This document shows, piece after piece, positions 22,683-33,644 of a DNA stretch of 64,000 nucleotides. A model generated the notes under the pieces. That model was given only the letters and a program-made list of their open reading frames with translations. It ran no database searches and was not told the origin of the DNA. A program made the position numbers and the translations under genes. Origin of the DNA: Octopus sinensis (Eukaryota); assembly GCF_006345805.1 (NCBI RefSeq), contig NC_043009.1, forward strand, positions 62,682,001-62,746,000, read 5' to 3'. Position 1 is the first letter of the stretch. Every line of letters begins with the position of its first letter.

Positions 22683-25128
22683 CAGTGTGTGTGGTGTGTA
22701 AAAGAGTAGGCATATAAAAAATAAAAGTACACAGCAAAAAAAAAAGAGAAAATTTGTGTCGGTATAATTTGTATGCCTGCTTGGATATATTTTACATTAT
22801 TTACAAATAATGCTAGTCTCCAATTAAAATGCTATCGCCTTTATTTCAGTATTTAATTATCACTCGTGTTTTTCTCGCCTTGTATTACTCCATATAATTA
22901 GTCAAGTTTCTATTTCCGATCAATTGCCCGGCTTAAGTTAAAATTGTGTCGGCCATAAAATTTTATAATTATTACATTCAGGAAATCAAGACATTCATTG
23001 AAAATATTTAAATCTAATGTTATCGAAGACGGATCTCTTTACAGACATCTTTTATAATCTATCAAACATACACTGAAAACAGTTCAAAAGTTTGCTTTTG
23101 AAGTGAATCAGCTGATTATATTAATAACGAACAGAGATACCCGGCATTGCCTGTGTTACATACAATTGAAGAATTAGACCTTTGTTATATTTTCTCTAAT
23201 GAACTGGAATACCTATCATTCGAATTTCATCAAAATTGCAGATGAGGGTTCTTTTCCTCTGTACACACCCTAACAAACTTCTAATCATGACACATGTATC
23301 CCATACTACTGATCTTTATGCGCAGATTCCAAAATTCCAGTCTTATGGAACCTGTAAAAAGGATTTTGCTCCTGAAAAATGGAGGTCATTGAGCTCTAAA
23401 ATGTGGGAGTTAAGGCCCCTATTAGGGATGGGTGTCTTAATGTCAACCAGAGAAGTTGAATTGTTGAGAATCTTTAACTTGGTTCTTATATCAATTGTTT
23501 GAATTTCTTTGAAATAGGAAATATATGTTCACTGGGTTTGTAAAAGAGAGCAAAGCTACAGGAAACCAAAAGACGAATGATCACAATAAGCAATCAGCTA
23601 CCCTACCCTAGTTGTTACCACTCCCCAGTGTAGGATTCCTCACCATCCAGGTGACAGGCACAGCCATAAGGTGCATTATGGATCTATAGCAATTGGAAGG
23701 GCATGACCCAACTCAAATAAACATTAACAACTGTGTGACATGGGGGCTAAGGAGAAATGAAAGTGTCACTTCTGGAGTTTGCAAATGACCACTATACTGA
23801 TACATAACTGGACAGAATAAATTTACAATCTGTAAATGTCTTTGAATAACCAGTCACTCATCTGGGAAGGCCCCTCTTAGAATGCTCATGAGAAGTGGAA
23901 ACTTTGGGAATACTTCTTGATGTGTGTCAATTACCCATGGTTGAAATTTCATCAACATTGAAAATTTATGAATATTCATGGGGGTTCTGACCCCTTTAAG
24001 CTATCTCAAATTCAAACCAAACATAATGCATTATACCCGCCCTTATGCATTGAAAGTAAATTCCAAATATCATAAGGATCCATTCAGTAATTTTGGTCCA
24101 TGAAATTATATGAACCACACAGCATTACCCTTCTCCCTAGGCTTGGATTTGTGTTCCAAATTTCATTAGGATCAGTGCAATAGTTTTCGAATGTATAAGT
24201 AACACACACACATAAAGACATTGACTTTTATATAAGAGATATGAATATGCACATATACATACATGTATGTGTGTGTATTATATATATATACACACAAAAA
24301 TATAGATAGATAGATACAACTGAGTGGGCAAACAAAAATGAGAAACTGCCTAGTACTTATCTTTGAAAAGTTTGATAAGCCTGGTACTTATTCTATCAGT
24401 TTCTTCTTGTCAAACCACTAAGTTATGGAGATGTAAATAAACGAACAGCAGTTGTGAAGCAGTGATGAGGGAGAAACACAGAGACAAAGACACACACATA
24501 CACTTACATATATACAATTGATTTCTTTGAGTTTCTGTCTACAAAAGGCTTTGGTTGGTCTGAGGCTATAGCAGAAGACACATGCCAAGTCACCACACAG
24601 TGAGTCTGAACACAGGACCATGTGTTTTGGAACCAAGTTTCTTACCACACAGCCACACCTGCACCTATGTATATATATGTGTGTGTCGATAAAATAAGTA
24701 CGAGTTGGGTTCTAGGCTCGATGTAATTGATTATTACCCTCCTACGAAATTTCAGTCCTTGCTCCTATTATAGAAACCCCTAATATACTGGCCCAAGCAG
24801 TTGAGGTAGTTAAATGGCTATTTTGGCCTGCCAAATGGCCCTCCTTTTCCCCATTAAGGGTAAAGAGATGATTGTTTAGTAAATAATTACCCCACTCCCT
24901 TTTCATTATAACTCATTCTACTTCTTTTATCTTATTCTATTACTTGTAGGTGCATCATGTAGCACTGCATGTACGTGTACATACCCGTAACTCCTTCATA
25001 AATCATTAGTATTTAGCACTGATTACTATGGGCAATTTGAAACGAGGCCCACATTTCACATTAGACATCTGACCTATTGCTGCTCTACACAGACTTGACT
25101 TTGCTGCGTCGCTGGTGAACTGGGATTA

Positions 25129-25521
25129 ATCTTTATATACAAAGCTGAAGTTGTCTGTGTGTCAGGTTTGGTAGCCTTCAACTAACACTATCTCTTCTGA
25201 GACTCTGCGGTGCAAGTTAACCAAAATTGAAAGTATGATAGAAGGTTTGCTCTTCATTCCGTAGAAGAAAAAATTCAAATCGGACCATGTTAAAACCAAA
25301 AATTATTTACATCAAAAAGGTGCTTTTTTCTATGAAAATCCCTATTTTTTTACAATTTTTTGACTGCTGTGTCGCCATTTTTCGGTGTATTTCAACCAGA
25401 AAAATGTTCACTTAAAGAGAATAACAAGCTACATAACGCAAATTTTTTACTTTTCGAAAATTCCAATTCTAAAGGGTCGAAAAGAAAACAAACCCGAGCA
25501 ACGCCGGGATATACTGCTAGT
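25129..25521 (-). mobile_element. Helentron-associated (HINE/DINE-1-like) non-autonomous element
   Basis: The minus strand starts ACTAGCAGTATATCCCGGCGTTGCTCGGG and ends ...CTTTGTATATAAAGAT. A related 3' end on the + strand lies at ~23950-24240 (...CTTTTATATAAGAGAT). Confidence 0.6.
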
Positions 25522-26746
25522 TTTCAATAAGATGGAGATTTTGTTAGTTTATGATTATCATTAAGTCATATAGCTCTTAATCTTGGTTTTGTCCTCTGCA
25601 GTTTGTAACTTAAAATACAGTTTGTTTATAGCTAACTTGTAGCTGAATACTATTTTCATCGTTGTTTTGATCGAGGTTTTAGAATTCATCTCATGTATTT
25701 AATTAGCGATTTCCATTAATAGCATTTTCCGTTTGACATCGCTTATGGAAGATATTTAGGTCCAAAGATTATTGGTTGTTAAAACATTAGTCATATAAAT
25801 CAGGCTTGGCCAACTGTTTCCCAGAAACGGGCCGCATGAGACATGATTTATCATCAAGCGGACAGCACTAAAAAAAGTCAAGGTAATTTTTTTCTTTAAG
25901 ACGTGTCATTTAGAAAGCCTCGCACATTACAAGTTATTTAGCCCCAGGCCAAACCTCATCGAACCGATCTATGATCGAAAGGTGTTGTCATGGTTACAGT
26001 AACATTTTAAGGATATCTAGGGTTACATTATAGAATGCAGCTTTTTTTAAAAAAAATTAGTAGGCTAATTACTTCTGTATAAGCGGCACACTGGCGGCAA
26101 AATTAAGATTTGTACACAACGAATATGTTATGCAATAAACGGTTTAACAATGTTGTCTTAACGACATAAAAAATAAAAAAAAAAGGTTGTCTACAACATT
26201 TACACAGAACAGTAATATCGTCTCTGAAATATTAATTACATCCAAGTTGTTTTAAAATTAATTGTTTATTGTCAAACGAAACGGTAGAGCGACATCAACT
26301 CAATCAAAAATGTATTTATGATAATATAATATTTATAAAGTTTAGATTAAATTACATGTTTAGTGATTAAAATATGCCATTTTTCTCTTTCAGTAACTGA
26401 ATTATAAAAGAAGACAGTACGAATTGTTTAATGATACATAAATTTGATAAAGAAAAATTCTGCTCAGTGTGAAGCAATGCATTAACTATAATTATTGTAC
26501 AATAGAAAACATCTTCACATGCCAACGTCGATAAAACTACTTTAAACCAATTTTCTGAAGGAAGATGTACTATTTTATCCCACAGTTTTCATAGAAGTCA
26601 TCACTGCAGTCAAGTGATAGTATAAATATTTTTAATTATCGGAAAAGCTAAATGATCTTCCAACCTCTCATTTTCTTTCTCTCTCCATCCCTCCCACTAT
26701 ATTAACTTTTTATTTGTTTTATAATTCATTTCTCACTGACTTTCAG

Positions 26747-28282
26747 GTGGTTTCCCCGTTTCAGATATTGATTTTTTAAAAAGTATAGTAGAAAATCTTG
26801 CAGACAGTGAGAGCAATTATGGAGAAAAAGCAAAAACAGCAAAACCTCGGAACCTACCAGCTTCATTTTTTTTTTATGTTTAAAGCCAATAGCTTGTTTT
26901 AATGTGTTTAATGCAGAGCTTTTCCTGGACATTTTTTTTTATGTTTAAATTCTATAATAAGACATTGTTGCAAAATAGAGTATAATAAAACATTAAATTA
27001 TTATTTTTATCTGCCGAAAAAAATTAGAGCTAGTTATCAGCAGAGGGAATACAAAAGTACAAATAGAGGTTATGAAACTGCACCGAAATTAAGACTGCAT
27101 TCCATGCACGGTTTTCTAAGAGATGTTAGAGAAACGGGATCTAGTCTTTTTCATTCTCAAAATGACCCCTTCACCTTAATTTTGCTCAGATTGCTTCCAA
27201 TTTTGGTGTATCGATGCAACTTTGAATTTTGATTACGATCAACCAATGAAATGGCTATATTCAGGTTTGTCAACCTCTTGTGTTTGTTAGGGAATGGAAA
27301 TGTCCCTAAGTTCTTGGATTAACAGACTTCTGAAACATTACATCTCAGTGGTTGTCGCGCAGAGAGGTGGGTGACAGATACTACGTGCGCTTCTATAGAG
27401 TTTCCGTCTACCAAGTTCATCCACAAAGTCCTGATCGCCTCGGAGCTTTAGTAGAAGACACTTGTCTAGGGGGCCGCGCAGTGGGATTGGGCCTCAACTA
27501 TGTGGTGGCGAAGCGAATTTCTTAACCAGCCACACCTGTTTTCATATCGTTTCTAATACAGGCACAAATCCTGGAATTTGTTGGGGAACGAACTGGTCGA
27601 TTGAATTGACCCAAAGTGTAACTGATACTTTTATCGACCGCGAAAGGATGAAAGGCAAAGTCGACTTCGGTTGAATTTAAACTCAGAACGTCAAGACGGA
27701 TGAAATGCCAGCGTGCTAATGACTGCCAGCTCGCCGCCTTCTGGTTATTTTCATATCGGAATATGATTTTGTGGAATATTCTGTAAAGAACAGTGTTATA
27801 CTCAAGAACATTGTTGTTTAATTGTTTTGTGCTTTATGGTACAGAGTATATTAGGATGGCCAGCGTCTGATGTGTTTTCATTTGGAGTCGTGCAAAGAAA
27901 ATGTTGAAAACAATTACGATACAACAAACTACCTTTGTGAGTTATTTAAAGGAGTGTAGGGGAACAACAGTAACAGATTACAATTGTTTCCTTTCAGATT
28001 TCACAAATTTTTTATAGCCATCGGATGCAAGTTCATACTTTCTAAACCATTTGACACGAATTGGAGTCGTGTTTATTTTTTGCATTTGTCTCATAATGCT
28101 TAATGAAATAGTTTTCTAAAGTTGATAAAGGACCCTGCTGCCTAAACCATCTTTCCTCCTCACTTGCAGCAAAGATATCTCTAAAAAGGCTTGTCACTCC
28201 ACCTCATGGCCTGAGCGGACAAATTCGAAAAGGTATTGAATCGGACGATGGCCAGGGAGAAGAGCTGGAGCAGCCAGTCTGA
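26747..28282 (+). CDS. Candidate three-exon 3' part of an unidentified gene (26747-26806, 27190-27264, 28170-28282)
   Basis: Each segment has a pyrimidine-rich acceptor, all junctions are phase 1 and the join is stop-free: GFPVSDIDFLKSIVENLAD-N-CFQFWCIDATLNFDYDQPMKWLYS-A-KISLKRLVTPPHGLSGQIRKGIESDDGQGEELEQPV*. No homolog recognised. Confidence 0.3.
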
Positions 28283-28742
28283 TTCACAATTTACAGTAAG
28301 AAAATGGGGAGAGGAAGCAAGGAAATTAACCAGTAAATAACTAAAATAAAAAGGCGTGTACACTCCATTATTTATAGATCGTACCAGAGGACACTGGTGT
28401 TACCCTCTAAAAATTGTTGAGGCTGGGGCACTGCAATAACCGAGGAACTTTCTGAGTATCAATTAATACTTCAGTGAAATGGTGCGCTAACGAAGTTTTA
28501 AAAAATCCTTCCTTGTTAGCGGCCCATCTTCCTTGAACATCTCAAAAGCTACAGGTAATGTAATTTTTCTAAATACTAAGAACTCTTTCAGTTTTTCTAA
28601 TAAAACGATGCAGTAATAATGGTTTCAAATTTTAGCACAAGGCCAGCAATCTTAGGAGAAGCGTTAAGTCGACCATATTTTATCGATCTCGAAAGGATGA
28701 AATGTTAAGTCGACACCTGAACTAAATAATGTAGTAATAATG

Positions 28743-28806
<64 letters not shown>

Positions 28807-28809
<3 letters not shown>

Positions 28810-29273
28810 GATCAGACAAAAAAGATGTGTTTATTAATTGACATGAGTATCCCTTGCGATCACAATATAGCGGCGAAAGAATTTGACAAGATTAGTAAAT
28901 ATAAAGACCTGCTAATACAAATTGAGAAACGTGGCATCTCAAGGCGACAACAGTACCAGTGACTGTAGGATCTCTAGGAATGATAAAAAAAAGGTACTGA
29001 AACCTATTTGAAAATGATTCCAGGCTTACCATCCCTACAGGAAGTGCAAAAAATCGTATTAACTGGAACGGCTCAGGTACTGAGAAGAGCATTATCGCTG
29101 TGAAAACAACATCCATCCATGAATTTATTTATTTATTAATTTTTAAATACATATTAATCTGTGAATTTGCGTGAGTAATCCGGGAATGCATACAATGAGC
29201 TTCTCTGCCCTAGGTGTATGGAAAACACACGGCGAGAAACGGAAGAAAATTTGAAGAAAGAAGGAAAAAACAG
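28807..29273 (+). mobile_element. 3' fragment of an R4/Dong-type non-LTR retrotransposon (restriction-like endonuclease domain)
   Basis: Translation across two frameshifts: KDQTKKMCLLIDMSIPCDHNIAAKEFDKISKYKDLLIQIEK/WHLKATTVPVTVGSLGMIKK/GTETYLKMIPGLPSLQEVQKIVLTGTAQVLRRALSL* (stop 29101-29103). Flanked by (AAT)n on both sides. Confidence 0.82.
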
Positions 29274-31049
29274 AATAATAATAATATAGCAGATGACTTC
29301 TGAATAGAGATTTGAGATGAAACTGAACACGGACAAAGGATATAATAAAGTTTAATATTCAAGATCAATAAGGCGACGAGCTAGCAGAATCGTTAGCGCG
29401 CCGGACAAAATGCTGAGCGGCATTTCGTCCGTTTTCACGTTCTCACTGGGGGTCGCTGGAATCGACTTGCCTCCTCTCTCGAACTTTCTGACCTTGTGTC
29501 AAAATTTGAAACCAATATATCAAGAGATCAGTCAAGTCAAAACTGAAACCAATATATCAGCGGTCGAATGGAGTCAGAGGACACAGAAGTTTGGATGAGG
29601 ATGGCGTAAAGAGCAGTGACCTAGCTAATAGGGAAATAAGGACAGTGAGTGGCCATCGCCCTCCCGAGCATATTTGTCAAAATTGGCGCCTCTTCAACAA
29701 ATTAAAAAAAAATCTTTAGTTCACTTGTGCGATAAAAGTCGAATCTTTTTTTTTGTTATCAATCGCACGGCTTTGGAAGAACTTTCTGGAGTCATTGCTT
29801 TATTTGACGGCAAAACATGAAATTAATGAACGTAGAATACAATTACGCTTATTATAACTAATGAAATATTTCGCGTAATATAAAAGAAATGAGTTTAAAA
29901 TTGTTTAGTATGTGTCACGGCGCCTTTTTTGTGTGCTCGCTGCTCCTAACTGTAGAACATTGCCACGCCTCAGATACGGAGTTCTTTACAGGTGGAAAGA
30001 CCGTCGAAGAAATTATATTAGGAATGCGAAAACAATAAAATTGCTTTGTTGACATTAGTTATTGATGCGTTATTTTTTATTTCTGCAATCGCATGTTTAT
30101 TTTCATTCGTTGTCTGCTTAAGATTTTAGCCAGAAAGTAATGAAAGAGACAATAAAGGGGTCAAGGGAAATCTTTTCTTGATAATGCTTAACTCAAAGGT
30201 TGCTGGATGGGACGATAACGTTTCATTTATATCTGCAGTTCAACGGATGGAACCAATTTATTTCACAAAATCTTTTTTAAAGATTTCTTCTGAGTGGCAC
30301 ATTTTGATGGAAGTTCTTATGGATCCATCGCGATAATTTATAAAGCCATTTGATACATCTCCTTGTTAGGAAATAAAACTTACAAGGATGGAAGTTAAAT
30401 AAACGTATTCTTAAATCAGACTTCGACCGAATTATTCAGGCATAGTCTATATAAGAACATCCCCCAAAATAAAGAAGGCCGCAGACCACATTAGAATTAC
30501 TAATAAATCGAATGTTTTAAAATAAGATTCTCTCACATTTTTTTTTTATTATAATTCATAGAAACACAAAGTTGATCTCTTCGGGGTTTTCTATTATAAC
30601 TTCATTCACATTTAAGTTACGCTATAAAAATATTATAGAAAATTTATAGCATAGTCGCTGGGTTCTAAATGTTGGAAGAAGAGGTGAACCGATTAAATCA
30701 ACCTCAGTAATTACTGGTACTTTATCGAATCCGGAAGAATCAAATGGAAAAAATTACTCTGACAGGGTTGCTCTGATGATTCTGTTAATGCACGAAAGAA
30801 CCTGAATTCAAAGAGAGTTAAAACTGAACAGTTCTTTGTTGTCGGTCACATCACTATCACCCCATATTTTTTTTTACCTGCTGGGTCTAAAGGAAAGGGC
30901 AGTACCCATGGCCATCGCAGGCCTCCTTACACTGGTGAAGCTCATGATATTAATGTTCTTATGGAATCTTTATGAGTAAACACCTGCAAGAAAAGTATTA
31001 GTATTAGAAGGGAATTCCTGAAGGACAGCGTATTGCGAAGGAAAAACTC

Positions 31050-32150
31050 TGTTTAGTGATCAGTGGGGTGGGGGAAGCGATGGACACAGGGGTGATGAGA
31101 AGAAGCTGGAGGAGTGGAACGGGAATGCTTGAGTGGAGGCAGCGCGAGCCCAGCCTGCCCCAAGGGGCAGAGGATCAATATAATATTGGTAGAAAAGACT
31201 GAAAGAGGAGCATACTCGTCGCTAAGGGAATGCATTGGACAGCACTCCCCATCACTAACCAATGGTGAACCCTCAAATTTACTATAAGTACACTCATTTC
31301 GAAATTCCTTTTTAGCATTATTACAAATTTGTGCCTCCAAACACCAAAGTCTGGCAATGGGCTTGGTGTGGAGATAGCTCGCCTGTGGGCCAGAGACTGG
31401 CGTGTGTCTGTGACAATGCCAATTAATTCCTTTTTTTGGATGCGATCGAAGATGACCGTGTACAGCAGCAACATTGTCCCTTTGCGGGACCAATACTCCA
31501 ATGTGGGCCTCACCCAACGCTAGATTAACTATTAAGCGAAATAAGCTTGTGTTTAGGGCGTCAAAGGAAGAGAAAGCACCACAGAAATGGTAAATGGTTT
31601 ACAGTACAAAAGAAATCACTTTAAATTTGCTAAAATAATATTCGAGATGCCTTATCTCTACTAAGTACAGAAGCAGAGAGACACGTTTGATATTCTTGTA
31701 GGAAGATGCTTTCATGGTCTCTCTTCAAGGAGTCAGTGTGGATTTGGTGTCTAGGTTGCGAATGGATAATGCACATTTGGAGAATGCTAGAGAAGAATGA
31801 AGGATAGAGTCGTCTGTGTAAGGTTAGGTGTTGTTATATGCAGCAAAACCGAACCCTGGGACATGCCGGAATCGGTAGAATGAGCTGCGTCAATACTAAC
31901 AGCAACAGTGCGATCTAATGGAAAGTTAGCGATGGAGGTGAGAGTCAGGTCGAATCTAAAAACAGGATGTTTCGATAGATTCCCAAGCCAGGCTTAGTCT
32001 AAGATTTTGTTTGACATCGAGGGCAACGTCACTGCTTTCACCACATTCCTTCAAAACAAGAGCAAGTAGATTAATTATTAAAATCAACCGAACCGTACAA
32101 GTAATTTCATCCAGGTGACTAAACGTAAACTTTTTGAGAAATGGCAGTGC
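31050..32150 (-). mobile_element. Degenerate CR1/Jockey-like LINE RT fragment (a different family from 18.8 kb)
   Basis: Broken minus-strand frames give GESSDVALDV, SGMSQGSVL, YTDDSILHSS, RPTLEYWS, DRIQKK and QSLAHRRA. Confidence 0.75.
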
Positions 32151-32159
32151 ATTAGATTT

Positions 32160-32615
32160 TTTTTCTTTTCCTGCCTTTAACCCTCCAACGCGGAGTATAG
32201 GCCACTTATAGTTGAATTCCATGTCGCATAATTTTTCGCTTCTGTACCAATACTCTGCCATGAATGTCCCCCTTTCTCTAATTCCTTTTGTGTTGATCTA
32301 CGCCACGAGTTCTTAGGCCTACCTCTCCTTCTATATCCAACCGGTTTCCACTTTAAAGCACTTTTCGCTACATTTGGTGTGTCTTTTCTAATCGTGCTAC
32401 CAATCCACTTCCAGTTTTTCTTAAATATTTGCTCCCTAATCGAAACCTGATTTGTTCTTTGCCATAGCTCCATATTGCTTGTGTGTTGGGGCCATCTAAT
32501 TTTAAGTATACTACGCAAGCATCTATTGATGAATGATTGTATTTGCTTATTTGACTTAACTGTTGTTCGCCATGTCTCAGCCCCGTACAATAACACCGCT
32601 TCAGTTACGTAAATT
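32160..32615 (-). mobile_element. RTE-clade LINE 3' fragment (RT C-terminus plus A-rich tail)
   Basis: ORF 32177-32596: LLYGAETW, FINRCLRSILKIRW, KWIGSTIRK, ALKWKPVGYRRRGRPKNSWRR. These are typical RTE C-terminal motifs. Confidence 0.88.
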
Positions 32616-33424
32616 TAAAGGAAAACACTATTTGTTTTGTTCATAAACTGTTCTTTTTTGCTTTCTACCAATTGATAACGAATCATTTTGGAGTGACAGA
32701 AATAGGAAAGTGCCAGACAAATTGCCTTGAAGTGGCATTTGCTTGTATTCCTATATCCTTTATATTTTTCAGTTGTAATCCCATCCAGGTTAAATTTACA
32801 ATTCATAGGATTGAATTGACTACACCATTCCCCAAATTTATCATCTTATACTTGAGTATAAGATCATTCAAAAGCTATTATTATAGCCATTCTGCGCTTG
32901 TTTACGAACTGATGGTTTGCACTGGCGCCATGGAGTTAAGTACAATCGATGAACATTTTCTTTGTCAAGATAAGATTATTACATAACTCCTTTCGTTTAT
33001 TTCTTTTCTTTCTTCTGTACTCTGTATTTTGTATTCCATATAAATACATGCAATTAAACCTGCTCCTGCTTATTTGCCTGTCTACTTATATATATATTTT
33101 TATTGAAATGGATAAATAAATTATCTTGTTACGGATTATTCAAATTATAACCGATACCTGGGTAGCAAAAATCACGGTTGAGGTTACGACCATGGGGTAT
33201 CGCAACCGTGCCTTAGCGCGATGGGCTCCTAGGGAGCGTTTGTTCGAAAAGCTTGCTGCGCATTTGTTTGGAGATTTAAGTTCCTGGATTTTCCTGAAGA
33301 GAAAGCTTCAAAATGGTCTCCTTATTCAATCCGAATTAGGGAATTTGCAGCCTTTGAAACATGTGTAGAAAATAATAAAAAGGAATTTTGTAAAATCTTC
33401 GTTCAGCTCCATTTCTTCCCTCAC

Positions 33425-33519
<95 letters not shown>

Positions 33520-33550
33520 TCCCGGGTTGAGTCGGGGTTAACCACAGTAA

Positions 33551-33644
33551 ATTATATAGAAGGAGCTTCTACAGGACTAGAACTGTTTCATGATTTCTTT
33601 TGAATGAAACAGTTCTAGTCCTGTAGAAGCTCCTTCTATATAAT
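33551..33644. repeat. Perfect 41-bp inverted repeat with 12-nt loop
   Basis: ATTATATAGAAGGAGCTTCTACAGGACTAGAACTGTTTCAT (33551-33591) and its exact reverse complement (33604-33644). Confidence 0.95.

Noticed and set aside
22126-22737. IY/YI/HT-repeat ORFs here and at 4920, 11035, 33336, 37878 and elsewhere
   Set aside because: These are translations of microsatellites.
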